A stretch of 64,000 nt of DNA from a virus. The notes beneath the pieces were generated by a model. The model was not told the DNA's origin and ran no database searches. It worked only from the letters and a program-made list of their open reading frames with translations. The stretch lies in the IMG/VR virus record IMGVR_UViG_3300044613_003178; one strand, given 5' to 3'. Positions 30,319 to 40,774 of this stretch are shown here, piece after piece. The stretch's first letter is position 1. Each line of letters starts with the position of its first letter. Position numbers and translations under genes: made by a program.

Positions 30319-30803
30319 TCTTCATATATATGACCATCATTTTTAACATCTGGTTTATCTAATTTATAACCATAAGAAAATAAAATTTCTCTCATAGCAT
30401 TCTTTTTTGCAGAACCTTGTGAATATTCATCATGCTCAAGTGTAATAACTTTAAATTTATATTCTTTTAATGGTAATATTTTTAAACATCCTAATGTTGC
30501 TTCATCTATATCTAATGATAAATAATCTATTTCCGATGGAACATTTTTTTCCTCAAAACACTTTTTAAAATTAAAATTTAAAGCATCAGCCCATATAAAT
30601 TCATTTTTTCTAAAAGATGTCCATATGGAAGAAATATTATTGGCATCAAAGCTTAATCCACACCAACCCAATTCTTCCAATAATTTTGTGTTACTTATAT
30701 CTGTAGGGTGATATGCACCTATCTCAATATAATAGCCATCTTTTTTATTATTTAATTTTTCTAAAACATATAAATCTTGTTTGCATTGAGAATATGATTT
30801 CAT
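30300..30803 (-). CDS. FkbM-like methyltransferase
   Basis: YSQ..QD, GYYIEIGA, SNT.LLE..GW.G, IDYLSLDID, EDWW. Confidence 0.75.
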   Translation of the reverse strand: MKSYSQCKQDLYVLEKLNNKKDGYYIEIGAYHPTDISNTKLLEELGWCGLSFDANNISSIWTSFRKNEFIWADALNFNFKKCFEEKNVPSEIDYLSLDIDEATLGCLKILPLKEYKFKVITLEHDEYSQGSAKKNAMREILFSYGYKLDKPDVKNDGHIYEDWWLSS

Positions 30804-30806
30804 TTG

Positions 30807-31568
30807 TTAATCCTTTTTATAAAATAAAAGATTTGTATCTGTTGTTATTGGTTCTTCTTTTGTTACTACTATATTTCCATTTAACATTTGTAATAATTCT
30901 TCTTTATTATAAACATCATTTGATATAAAATTAACAACCATATAAAAATTTTTACTGTTATTGATTAAATTTTTAATATAAATGTCTTGTACACTCTTAT
31001 AACATTCAGAAAAAGCATAATTTGATATTAAAAAATCTGTTTTAATAGTTGGTATATTTGGATATGAATAAAATTCATATTTTTCTATATCCATATTATT
31101 TACTGTTAAAAACTTTTTTATAAGTTCTATAACTTCTGGTAAATCTATTATGATATATTTTTTTATATTATATAATAAATTTATTAACATAGATTGACCA
31201 CCATATCCTGCTCCTATTTCAACAACCGTTTTGCCATCTAAAGGTCCATATAATCTATGAATATCAGATGCAACAGAAATATATCTTAAAATTGTTGGTG
31301 ATAACTCATCTATTTTTTCAAATTTATATCTGTTAGGAAGCCCGTAATAATCTGTTTTTTTTAATTTTTTTATTAAATCATTTGTAAATTCTACTTTATT
31401 TTTTTCTACACAATGTTTATAATATTCCAATCCAGATTCATATGAAACATGTTCCAATATTCCCATATATTCATTATTTGAACGAAATGATTTAAAAAAT
31501 AAATCATCTTCAACTGCTTTGATACAAACATTTTTATATTTTTCGTAATCAGAAATACTACTTTTCAT
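30807..31568 (-). CDS. Putative sugar O-methyltransferase
   Basis: SPTILRY, VVEIGAGYGG, IIDLPEV, ISNYAFSE. Confidence 0.75.
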   Translation of the reverse strand: MKSSISDYEKYKNVCIKAVEDDLFFKSFRSNNEYMGILEHVSYESGLEYYKHCVEKNKVEFTNDLIKKLKKTDYYGLPNRYKFEKIDELSPTILRYISVASDIHRLYGPLDGKTVVEIGAGYGGQSMLINLLYNIKKYIIIDLPEVIELIKKFLTVNNMDIEKYEFYSYPNIPTIKTDFLISNYAFSECYKSVQDIYIKNLINNSKNFYMVVNFISNDVYNKEELLQMLNGNIVVTKEEPITTDTNLLFYKKD

Positions 31569-31577
31569 TTTAATCCT

Positions 31578-32330
31578 TTAACAATAAATTTTATTTTCAA
31601 TTAAATTATGTAATTTTTTCATACCAAGGGAATTGTGTCTCATATGAAAATGATAGTGTGATAAATCTTCTTTTGTTATACAATTTAGATCAATAAGATG
31701 GTGTCTATTTTCCGGTAAATCTCCTATATCTTTTCTTTTTGCCCCTGGATGAATATTTATTCCAAGTTTTTTAAAATGATATCCTATAGTAACATCATCT
31801 AATTTTATTTCTTCATCTATCATTTTATTTAAATTTTTAGATATAATTTTTAATACATCTTTACTGAAAAAGAATCCAGAGCCAGATGCAAAATTAAAAT
31901 GTTCACCTTTATGGTTATAGGATGTTGGTACACCACAATAAAAATTTTGTTTTGGTTTATTGGATAAAAAATTAACTAAATTTTCAACATTAATATAACT
32001 ACCACAACAACATCTAAAAATAAAATCATAATCGGTTTCTTTTTCAAAATAGGATAATGAATTTAAAACTTTTTTATTCATATTTTCATATGATTCTTCT
32101 ATACCATGTAATAACATGTCTTTATAAATTTTTGTTTCACCTAATTTTGGATTATTATCATAATTTGGTATAAACCCGTAATTAAAAAAAATATTGACAT
32201 TATCTGGTAATCTTTTTGCCCATGTTTCCTTTATAGTATCAACCAATTCATCATATGTTTTACCATTTGAATGAGCAATATCTTTACCACCACTTAGAAC
32301 TATTATTGCAATTTTCATCTTACATTCCAC
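31578..32330 (-). CDS. Glycosyltransferase (GT31/galactosyltransferase-like)
   Basis: IKETWA, YDFIFR...SYIN, FASGSGFFFSKD, DDVTIG. Confidence 0.6.
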   Translation of the reverse strand: MECKMKIAIIVLSGGKDIAHSNGKTYDELVDTIKETWAKRLPDNVNIFFNYGFIPNYDNNPKLGETKIYKDMLLHGIEESYENMNKKVLNSLSYFEKETDYDFIFRCCCGSYINVENLVNFLSNKPKQNFYCGVPTSYNHKGEHFNFASGSGFFFSKDVLKIISKNLNKMIDEEIKLDDVTIGYHFKKLGINIHPGAKRKDIGDLPENRHHLIDLNCITKEDLSHYHFHMRHNSLGMKKLHNLIENKIYC

Positions 32331-33094
32331 CCTTCACAATAAAGATCCTTCAAACAATTAGTCAGATTAATATCAGCAGATCTATATGGCAAAGTGTCCC
32401 CAAACCACTGTTTTGGAGCATATACCTTTTTGTCTTGTCTATTATTTAGCCATGCACCCCACCAACTAAATGAACTATTTGCTATTACTATGTTTTTAAC
32501 TTTAGTCATCATGTATAAGCAACAATGATGATCTAAATTTACATGAACATATTGATCTCCTATAAAATTTTCTTTACACCAATTTAAATCATCAGAAAAA
32601 ATTAAAATTTTTCCGGATGGTGAAATTTCATTTAAACAATTTATATAATATTCTCTTGAACAAATTGGGTGAGCATGTTGTATTGTTAGATAATCTGTTC
32701 TTCTTATATGAATTGCTGTATATTGATTTGTTATATTTTCAATATCAGAATAACCATTAGTCTTTACATTTTGTTTTACATATTCTTTAAATGAAAAATT
32801 TTTTAGTATTAAATCTTTACAATTTTTAAAATATTTTTCCGATTGAAAGTAACCATGTAAATGTGTATTATCTGTTAAATTTTCAAATTCTTCATTGTAA
32901 TTAAATTTTTTTTCTGAAAATACATTTGGAGCATTTGAAGAAGTGTATTGAATATCCGGTAATTCTAATACATTTATATTTGATTCATTTTTACAATAGT
33001 AAGCTTTTGTATTATTTTTATTTGCTAGTGATAAACATGTTGCTAATTGAAATAAATTATTACCAAGTCTTCCCATTAAATTTACTGTTATCAT
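32315..33094 (-). CDS. Alpha-1,2-fucosyltransferase (GT11)
   Basis: GRLGNNLFQ, GYFQSEKYF, IHIRRTDY, FSDD..WC, IANSSFSWWGAWL. Confidence 0.92.
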   Translation of the reverse strand: MITVNLMGRLGNNLFQLATCLSLANKNNTKAYYCKNESNINVLELPDIQYTSSNAPNVFSEKKFNYNEEFENLTDNTHLHGYFQSEKYFKNCKDLILKNFSFKEYVKQNVKTNGYSDIENITNQYTAIHIRRTDYLTIQHAHPICSREYYINCLNEISPSGKILIFSDDLNWCKENFIGDQYVHVNLDHHCCLYMMTKVKNIVIANSSFSWWGAWLNNRQDKKVYAPKQWFGDTLPYRSADINLTNCLKDLYCEGWNVR

Positions 33095-33101
33095 AATTTT
33101 T

Positions 33102-33842
33102 TCATTCCTGTTCTATTAAATTTTTCCAATAACTAAATTTTAATTTATTATAATTAAATGATTTATTTTTTAATTCATTTTTTTTATTTAATAAAAAATC
33201 TTCTGTGATTTCTTCGTATTTATCAATAAAAATAACAGGAAGATTGCTGTATAATTTTTTAAGAGAACCAATATTTTTTAAAATAGGAATTCTTCCAAGA
33301 TATAATATTTCCCATGTTCTATGACAATCTAACCCGTTTCCGGGTGGACTTAGAATAAATTCATGTTCTTTAATATTTGTATAATATGAATTTTGACCAC
33401 CAAATCCATCACAACTGTGTATAGTAATAAAATTATTAGTTTGAAACAAATTATAAGGAATTATTCTTTCGGCATGATTAGTACCAATATTGTGATTAAT
33501 ATATAACAATTTTTTAATAATTATGTTTTTATTACTATAGTCATGTAGCATATGTTTTTTTTGTATTGAATTTGGAACATAATCATTTTCCAGTCCTATT
33601 GGTATAGGTATAATTTTTTCATCATCAATAATTATATTTTGTCCAAACCAAAAATTAAATTTATCTTTAAGGGAGAGATATGATGCATCTACTGGTAAAT
33701 CTCCATTGTGTGTTACAATTTTATTTATTTTTGATGTTCTATTTAAAAAACTCCTAGCATCATCAATTTTTACAAAATTACAAGAAGATAAATTTTTAAA
33801 TTTGTCTCCCCAAATATATTCGTCGTAATTTATCATGTTCAT
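33102..33842 (-). CDS. Exostosin-like glycosyltransferase (GT47-like)
   Basis: PIPIGLEN, FILSPPGNGLDCHRTWEILYLGRIPI. Confidence 0.7.
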   Translation of the reverse strand: MNMINYDEYIWGDKFKNLSSCNFVKIDDARSFLNRTSKINKIVTHNGDLPVDASYLSLKDKFNFWFGQNIIIDDEKIIPIPIGLENDYVPNSIQKKHMLHDYSNKNIIIKKLLYINHNIGTNHAERIIPYNLFQTNNFITIHSCDGFGGQNSYYTNIKEHEFILSPPGNGLDCHRTWEILYLGRIPILKNIGSLKKLYSNLPVIFIDKYEEITEDFLLNKKNELKNKSFNYNKLKFSYWKNLIEQE

Positions 33843-34603
33843 TTATTTATTATTAAATTTACTAATTTATCAATAGATTCTTTATGTATTTTATATGGTC
33901 TTATACTATGACAATCATAATAATATTCATTTTTAACTTTATCATCAGACCAGTTCCATTCTAATCTATCTATTCTATGGCATCTGTGTCTACCACAATC
34001 TCTATGTAATCGAATTATTCTATTTTGATCATGATATTGGTTTATTTTTTTACTAGACCACATTTCATCTGCCCCCCAATGAGGTAAAGCATCAGATAGA
34101 CCATCAGGTTTATAATTATGTGTATTTTCTTTCCAAAATCCAGATGACATAAAATCTTTCCATGATGGTAAAATGCCTAATAGATCTGTAAATGTTTTCC
34201 CTTGTGCAACATTATAACAACAAGAATATAACAAATTTGGATATTTTTCTCTTGGATCTGAATTTAACGCAACAAATTTATCATCAGATATGTGATTTAT
34301 ATTATCAATAAAATATTGTCTAGAGATAGGTAACATATCAATATCAGATGTCATCCAGATAGTATCTGGTTCCGTAACTGGTATCCAATATCGAGATAAT
34401 TGACATTGAGTATTTACCGGAATATCTGGTAATATTTCCATATGAACAACAGTACCATATTCTGTAGATGGATTTTTTGTACCAAAATATAATAAAACTG
34501 GTTCTATATTAAATTTTAATTTCCAAATTTTAGATACAATTGGCCAAAAATCATAATAAAATTCCTTATCATCACATGCATGTATTACTTTTTGTATTTT
34601 CAT
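33839..34603 (-). CDS. Putative glycosyltransferase (DXD)
   Basis: YYDFWPIV..W, TSDIDMLP, W..DE, RIDR; located within the glycosylation cluster. Confidence 0.55.
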   Translation of the reverse strand: MKIQKVIHACDDKEFYYDFWPIVSKIWKLKFNIEPVLLYFGTKNPSTEYGTVVHMEILPDIPVNTQCQLSRYWIPVTEPDTIWMTSDIDMLPISRQYFIDNINHISDDKFVALNSDPREKYPNLLYSCCYNVAQGKTFTDLLGILPSWKDFMSSGFWKENTHNYKPDGLSDALPHWGADEMWSSKKINQYHDQNRIIRLHRDCGRHRCHRIDRLEWNWSDDKVKNEYYYDCHSIRPYKIHKESIDKLVNLIINK

Positions 34604-34611
34604 AAATATCC

Positions 34612-35358
34612 TTAATCTCTTTTTCTTGTATGTGCAACAAGTTGTGGCATATTTCTCTTAATAGGATCTCCCCATTGACTTATATCTTCCATAAATTCTA
34701 CATTATTTTTTTTACAAACAAGACTTAAAATAGATTGATCATGTCTATGTTCTTTAAAACTTGGATAATTTGGTGTTTTTGATGGAGAAATATATTCATC
34801 AGAAACCATATGAAAATCACTAATTTCATTATACCATTGTTCCACGACATTTATTGCAAAATCATTTTTTCTACAAAGAAAAAATGTACTCATTATCTGT
34901 TTGCTATCGGTAAATTCTGGGGTATCACAATTTAATTTTATAAAACAATCTCTTTTTGTCCAATCTTTTTCTATTTGAGCGAGATTAAATACTAAAACTT
35001 TTTCTTGTGTATCATTTAAACGGTTAAATAAAGGATTTAAATTATTAATAAAGTGACAACCAGAATCAGTATACATCAATAAATCATCATCATTCATTTT
35101 ATTTTTTAAATGATTTAAAATTATATAAGGTTTCCAAATCCAATAACCAGCCCCTCTGGTATGTGAAAAATGTTGATAATGTTTTGTTTTAAAATCTTCT
35201 GGTAAACTTTCTATTTTATAATTAATACTTTCATCGAATCCTGCAACAGTTTTTGCTGTTGAACTATTCAACATCTGAGCATTAAAATAACCACCATTTG
35301 GGTGGTTGTAATTGTGATTAGTTCCTAGTGCCGCATAATTTATGTGTATTTTTTTCAT
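34612..35358 (-). CDS. Putative glycosyltransferase
   Basis: RGAGYWIWKPYII, YTDSG, WTKRD, FKEHRHDQSILS. Confidence 0.65.
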   Translation of the reverse strand: MKKIHINYAALGTNHNYNHPNGGYFNAQMLNSSTAKTVAGFDESINYKIESLPEDFKTKHYQHFSHTRGAGYWIWKPYIILNHLKNKMNDDDLLMYTDSGCHFINNLNPLFNRLNDTQEKVLVFNLAQIEKDWTKRDCFIKLNCDTPEFTDSKQIMSTFFLCRKNDFAINVVEQWYNEISDFHMVSDEYISPSKTPNYPSFKEHRHDQSILSLVCKKNNVEFMEDISQWGDPIKRNMPQLVAHTRKRD

Positions 35359-36104
35359 AGTTGTTCCGTTATAAACTGTATACCATCTGAGGCTTTATAA
35401 TTATATTTATGGGCTAATTCAAAATTATTTTTAATTGAGTTTAATTTTGATATATAAATTTCTTCACTTATTTCAGGTATTGTGAAATCATCATTTAAAA
35501 ATATAATACCATTTTTATCAAAAACATCATTTATTTTTTTTGATCCCCAATATATTGGAATTGTTCCTGTTAAAAAACAATCTAATAGTTTTTCTGTATA
35601 ATAAATATCAGCCACACTATTTTCCATAGCAACAGAAAACATATAATCTTTTAGTCCTTCTATTTTTTTATCTAATTGATTTTTTCTACCAAATCCATAT
35701 AAATCCAAATTATTTTCATTAGCATCTGCTACTTGTTGTCTTATTGAATGACCTGAACATATATTTTTCTTAGATGCTACCATGCTTACTAATTTTGTTT
35801 TATTATAAATTTTTCTATCACACTCATCGATCCAAGATGGAAAACAAGGTGGTATAGTAATTTTTTTATTAAATGATGAATCTACTCTGTGAGTAGCAAT
35901 ATAATTGTTTGAATTTAAACAATTTTTATATACACTTGATATTATAGATTCTGGTTCGTATAACCAATTAATAGTTTTTTTATCATAAAATTTGTTTTTA
36001 TTAACGGATACAACTATATCACACTCATGAATATTTTTTGTTCTAGACCATGTGTTTATTGGTGATGGATCTATATCATAATGCCAATCTATATAAACTT
36101 TCAT
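35355..36104 (-). CDS. GT10 (alpha-1,3-fucosyltransferase-like) protein
   Basis: YMFSVAMENS..YYTEKLLDCFLTGTIPIYWG. Confidence 0.8.
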   Translation of the reverse strand: MKVYIDWHYDIDPSPINTWSRTKNIHECDIVVSVNKNKFYDKKTINWLYEPESIISSVYKNCLNSNNYIATHRVDSSFNKKITIPPCFPSWIDECDRKIYNKTKLVSMVASKKNICSGHSIRQQVADANENNLDLYGFGRKNQLDKKIEGLKDYMFSVAMENSVADIYYTEKLLDCFLTGTIPIYWGSKKINDVFDKNGIIFLNDDFTIPEISEEIYISKLNSIKNNFELAHKYNYKASDGIQFITEQL

Positions 36105-36105
36105 A

Positions 36106-36948
36106 TTATTTTAATCCATATATATTTTTATAATTTTTTTTACTATAATAATCTTTTATAGTATTAGCATCCATTCTGGAAATATCAGCATACAAATTTT
36201 TAGAATCTGTAGATGCTATTCTTCTATCTTCTGTGTGATGTTCTATATGATAGATATCACCATCTATCGAAGTTCCACTATAACCAAGTTTTTTTAATCT
36301 ATCTTTTCTTTCTATATCTTCTGGAGCATATCCATAAAAATCTTCATTCTCTAATCCAAAATCTATATAAACTTGTTTTTTTATAAAAAGACAACCGCCT
36401 GGAGGACATCCTCTAACTATACCTGGAATTTTACTGTAAATTTTTTTTGAATTTTCTTCATGTTTACAAGATGCTTTAATTTTATAATTTTCAAAATTAT
36501 AATCAGTTAATAGAGTTTCTCTATCATCCGGTAATAATTTTGAAATTTCAATATAATTCATATTAAAAGGAAAACAATAATCAAATCCTTGTTTTATGCT
36601 ATTTCTTGCTTCTACTAACTGACTTAATGGTATTAAAACATCAGCATCATATGGTATAACTATTTCATTTTTTATTTCTTGCATTCCTAAATTATATAAT
36701 TTAGTTTTATGAAAATTAAAATTATGACCACTATCATATTCTTTATAAATTAAAGAAATATTATTAAAATGTTTAGAATTTATTATATTTAAAGTATTGG
36801 TTAATATATTATTTTTTTGTTCAATAACTACAACATTTGTTTTTAAAAAAGTATTTAAATAACGCAATACATGTAGTAAATTATTTTCTCTATCTTTATT
36901 ACTATTTTTATATGGTATTAAAAATGTACAATCTGTAAAATCAAGCAT
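36106..36948 (-). CDS. GT2/GT7-like galactosyltransferase
   Basis: DRENNL, YDADV, GG, GLENEDFYGYAPEDIER, YHIEH. Confidence 0.75.
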   Translation of the reverse strand: MLDFTDCTFLIPYKNSNKDRENNLLHVLRYLNTFLKTNVVVIEQKNNILTNTLNIINSKHFNNISLIYKEYDSGHNFNFHKTKLYNLGMQEIKNEIVIPYDADVLIPLSQLVEARNSIKQGFDYCFPFNMNYIEISKLLPDDRETLLTDYNFENYKIKASCKHEENSKKIYSKIPGIVRGCPPGGCLFIKKQVYIDFGLENEDFYGYAPEDIERKDRLKKLGYSGTSIDGDIYHIEHHTEDRRIASTDSKNLYADISRMDANTIKDYYSKKNYKNIYGLK

Positions 36949-37621
36949 TTATATAATCCCTAATAAAATTTATTGTTCCGTCCTCATTATGGGAAGTCCA
37001 TTTATTATTATCCACATCAACAGTGGTATTAGTAGTTATCCAACATTTATCCCATTGATAGAATAATGATTTTTTTGGTGCATAAATTTTTAAATTTGGT
37101 AAAACTTCTTTAGCATAACCAATATCCAGAGGTACTTTTCTTTGTATCGTACTTCCAGAATTTTCTATAAATTTTTGTATGTTATTATTTAAAAAAATCA
37201 TAGCATGAGTTCCCAAACAATGTTTTAATCTTACCCATTTTTCATTATATGGTTTTGCACAAAAATCTACTCCTAAATTTTTCCAACAACCTGCAGTTGA
37301 AAATCCAATATAGATCACATCTGCACCATCTGGTACTTCTATTTTACCATCATTTACATATTCATCATACCATTTAGTTGGTTTTGCATCATCTTCCATC
37401 AAAAATAATGGTAATTCATTTTTATATTGATTCATCAAATCATGATGACTTTGACTACAACCATGATTAAAATCTCTTATTTTGGGCAATAGTCTTGCTG
37501 AAAACCTATCAATATTTGTATACTGTAATTCTTTAATTATATTTTCAAATTTATTTTTTCTATCAACATCACGATCAAGATTTATATAAACTTTTTTTAT
37601 ACTCTTTAAATCTATTATCAT
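36941..37621 (-). CDS. GT25-like glycosyltransferase
   Basis: VYINLD.D.DR, RFSA, GCSQSH, LMEDDA, THA. Confidence 0.7.
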   Translation of the reverse strand: MIIDLKSIKKVYINLDRDVDRKNKFENIIKELQYTNIDRFSARLLPKIRDFNHGCSQSHHDLMNQYKNELPLFLMEDDAKPTKWYDEYVNDGKIEVPDGADVIYIGFSTAGCWKNLGVDFCAKPYNEKWVRLKHCLGTHAMIFLNNNIQKFIENSGSTIQRKVPLDIGYAKEVLPNLKIYAPKKSLFYQWDKCWITTNTTVDVDNNKWTSHNEDGTINFIRDYINA

Positions 37622-38244
37622 CTTATATTTCCTTTTAACCGTCTACTTGCTTGTGTATGTTCTACAACTATTTCTTTCGGTTCTTCAAACCATTTACAAT
37701 CAAATACTTTGCAATACGCTTGATTGAAGAAGTATGTTTTTAAACCATCTCTATCGTATTTATCCCAAACTTTTTGAAGACTTTGTTGTTCCCATCTTGT
37801 TGGATTTGCTTGACTTTCTTTTTTCCAATCATCTATTAAATTAAAACACTTATCTGTATAATTAAAAAACATAGTGCCGCCTGCTAATGCTTCGTTACCT
37901 CTATCAAATCCCCAAGGTCTTAAATGTACATTTCTTGGTTGATTCCAAACATCAGGAATAAAATAAGCACCAAAATCACATTCATACAATTCATTTGAAT
38001 CAAATATATTTGGATGTGATTTATATCTGCCATCAGCATCTATCCACAAAACAGGGTGCTTGTGTAAATACAAAGCATCCTGAATTACTTCTGCTTTCAT
38101 TGTACAATTATGAACCCAAGAACCTTTACTTGGTTTTTCATATGAATAAAAAGGTAAATTAAATAATTTACAAGTTTCTTCTAATTTTCTTGCTTCTTCT
38201 TTATATTCAGGTGTATAAAATGTTATAGTTATAGGATATTTCAT
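37618..38244 (-). CDS. Nucleotide-diphospho-sugar transferase (GT-A); paralogue of 39212-39832
   Basis: FYT..Y, GSWVHNC.MK, LWIDAD, GGTMFF, WEQQSL. Confidence 0.65.
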   Translation of the reverse strand: MKYPITITFYTPEYKEEARKLEETCKLFNLPFYSYEKPSKGSWVHNCTMKAEVIQDALYLHKHPVLWIDADGRYKSHPNIFDSNELYECDFGAYFIPDVWNQPRNVHLRPWGFDRGNEALAGGTMFFNYTDKCFNLIDDWKKESQANPTRWEQQSLQKVWDKYDRDGLKTYFFNQAYCKVFDCKWFEEPKEIVVEHTQASRRLKGNIR

Positions 38245-39215
38245 TGTAATTCATTCAGCCAATAATTAATCATTTCATCCATCATTTGTTCAAAAGTATA
38301 TTTTGGTTTCCAATTTAAAACTTGTCTTATGTTTGTAGAATCACCTCTTAGATAATTTAATTCCTCTGGTCTTAAATACTTTTTATCAGTTTTAATATAT
38401 TTCCAAGGATCCAATTCTAATTTTGAAAAAACATATTCGATCATTTCTTTAACTGATCTAGTTTCACCAGTTGCAACAACAAAATCTTTTGGTGTTTCTT
38501 GTTGAAGCATCAACCACATTGCTTCTACATAATCTTTTGCATGACCCCAATCTCTTTTTGCTTCTAGATTACCAAGAACAAGTTTATCCGATAATCCTAA
38601 TTTTATTTTAACGGCTTCTAATACGGTTTTATTAGTTACGAAATTTATTCCTCTTCTTGGGGACTCATGGTTAAACAATATCCCAGAACAGACGAACATG
38701 TTATATGCTTGTCTATAGTTTCTACAAAGAGTATGTGCATATAATTTTGCACAACCATATGGACTCACTGGAACCATTGGTGTTGTTTCTCTTTGAAACC
38801 CATCAGAGTCACAAGAATTACCAAACATTTCTGATGTACCTGCATGATATACTTTTGAATGAGGAGAGAATCTTCTAACAGCCTCTAAAACTGCTAAAGT
38901 TCCACCAGAATTAACATCTAGTGTATATTTTGGTAAATCAAAAGAAACTTGAACATGTGATTGAGCACCAAGATGATATATTTCATCTGGTTGTGTTTGC
39001 TTTATTATAGAATCAACACTTATAGGATCTATCAAATCCATGTAATGTAATGTTATTTTATTTTCATCATGTAAGTGTTGTATTCTGGTTGTTTGTGATT
39101 CCGGAACAGAATTTCTACGAATCGTTCCATGAACTTTATAATTTTTATCTAATAAAAATTCTGCAAGATAAGATGCGTCTTGACCATTCGCTCCAATTAT
39201 TAATGCTGTTTTCAT
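38241..39215 (-). CDS. gmd: GDP-mannose 4,6-dehydratase
   Basis: GQDASYLAEFLL, AQSHVQVSF, SPYGCAK, GILFNHESPRRG, GNLEAKRDWGHAKDYV. Confidence 0.96.
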   Translation of the reverse strand: MKTALIIGANGQDASYLAEFLLDKNYKVHGTIRRNSVPESQTTRIQHLHDENKITLHYMDLIDPISVDSIIKQTQPDEIYHLGAQSHVQVSFDLPKYTLDVNSGGTLAVLEAVRRFSPHSKVYHAGTSEMFGNSCDSDGFQRETTPMVPVSPYGCAKLYAHTLCRNYRQAYNMFVCSGILFNHESPRRGINFVTNKTVLEAVKIKLGLSDKLVLGNLEAKRDWGHAKDYVEAMWLMLQQETPKDFVVATGETRSVKEMIEYVFSKLELDPWKYIKTDKKYLRPEELNYLRGDSTNIRQVLNWKPKYTFEQMMDEMINYWLNELQ

Positions 39216-39832
39216 TTTCTATCCACTCTCTGCATTACTGATGCTAAATCATGTAAAACCACTGCTTTGTCTCTTCCGTGTAATCTATCTATCTGACAAT
39301 AAGTTCGTGGAAACCATTCAGTAGTTGGTTGTACATCTGCCCACGCTTGCTGTAAACTCCATTGATCCCATGATCTTGTCATTGATTTAGATAGTTCCAA
39401 CCATCTCTCAACCATTCTTATTGTACTTTTACATTTACGAAACAGCATAGTACCAGAATTAAACCACATCAGTTCTGTTTGAACTGGCCAATTTTTTGGA
39501 AGTTCTATTTCTTCTCTTCCAACAGGAGTTTTCTTTCTTGCTCCCGGTTCTCCACGAACACCAAAATCCATAGGCGTGTCTAAAAACAAATATGGGTAAC
39601 TCATTATTTTTGCATCAGAGTCCACCCATATAACACAATCGACATCTTCATTTAATTTTTTTAATATAAATTCTGGTTTTATATTACAATTATCAACCCA
39701 GGAACCTCTGTCTTTATACTTTTCTATATCGCATTCTATACTGAATTTTTTGCAGGAATCTTTTAATCTTTTTGCCATATCAGCATAGATTCCATTATCT
39801 GTATAAAAACTTATAATTTTAAACTCATTCAT
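39212..39832 (-). CDS. Nucleotide-diphospho-sugar transferase (GT-A); paralogue of 37618-38244
   Basis: SFYT, GSWVDNCNIKP, IWVDSDA, NSGTMLF, WDQWSL. Confidence 0.65.
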   Translation of the reverse strand: MNEFKIISFYTDNGIYADMAKRLKDSCKKFSIECDIEKYKDRGSWVDNCNIKPEFILKKLNEDVDCVIWVDSDAKIMSYPYLFLDTPMDFGVRGEPGARKKTPVGREEIELPKNWPVQTELMWFNSGTMLFRKCKSTIRMVERWLELSKSMTRSWDQWSLQQAWADVQPTTEWFPRTYCQIDRLHGRDKAVVLHDLASVMQRVDRK

Positions 39833-40773
39833 TTTGGTGCTCGTAATTGTTTTTTCACATTCATTTCATTTTTTCTAATTTCTCTTCGTGAATGATTACC
39901 AGTCATGTTTGGAGTATATGGTGATGTTAAATACGCATCTTTATTGAAAGGTTTTGGTTGTTCTTTTTTCTGTGATGGTTGTTGTGGTTGTTGGTGTTGT
40001 TTTCTTAAAACTTGTATTTCATTTTTTTGTACTGGTTTTTCTATTTTGGGAGTAGGTTGATATGCTGGAATATCTACTGTTGGAAAGGTAATTGGAGCAT
40101 ACTGTCTTAGTTGCTCTTTCCCCTCGCTTTCCCACCAATTCAGGTCAAATTTTGGAACAAATGATTCAAAAACTTCACCACAATTCCAAGAAAACCATTT
40201 GAATCCTCTTTTTAATGCTATTGGGTGCCATTGTCTGAGTGCATCTGCTGTTTGATCCAAAGTCTTATCATAATTATAAGCCTTCTTCATATCAAACTCT
40301 TGAACCTCGTAACAATATTTCTCTTTCATACTATTTGCTTTTAAATCATTACCAACCCAAATTACATTTTTTACACCAATATAATGTAACCATTGGATGG
40401 CAAATGTTACGGATTTATGTGGTCCTCTTATAAATGGTTGTGCACCATTAAATAAAACAGACTCTACATCTGGCCAACGAGTATTTGTGTCATAATTACA
40501 CAAAACAACACTTTGAGCATTTGCTCCACTTGATACTTTGCCTTCTGGTAAAACTTTTATTATATCTGGATCAGAATAAGCATGTGATCCTTCTATTCCA
40601 TGCATCTCATTTAAATAGTCAGCAATAATCCAAAAATGTGGTTTTGTTATTTTTCTTATTGCTGTACTAACTGCAACAACAGGTAATCCCAAACTAAAAG
40701 GATCAATTGTGTTCAGAGATGGTCCCGAACACGCTAAAACACATGTATTTGCTGGAAAGTATTTGTCTGACAT
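39829..40773 (-). CDS. MptE/Maf/sialyltransferase-like Rossmann-fold protein with basic tail
   Basis: LACSGPSL...S..FAIQWL.YIG..NV..VG.D pattern. Confidence 0.5.
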   Translation of the reverse strand: MSDKYFPANTCVLACSGPSLNTIDPFSLGLPVVAVSTAIRKITKPHFWIIADYLNEMHGIEGSHAYSDPDIIKVLPEGKVSSGANAQSVVLCNYDTNTRWPDVESVLFNGAQPFIRGPHKSVTFAIQWLHYIGVKNVIWVGNDLKANSMKEKYCYEVQEFDMKKAYNYDKTLDQTADALRQWHPIALKRGFKWFSWNCGEVFESFVPKFDLNWWESEGKEQLRQYAPITFPTVDIPAYQPTPKIEKPVQKNEIQVLRKQHQQPQQPSQKKEQPKPFNKDAYLTSPYTPNMTGNHSRREIRKNEMNVKKQLRAPK

Positions 40774-40774
40774 C

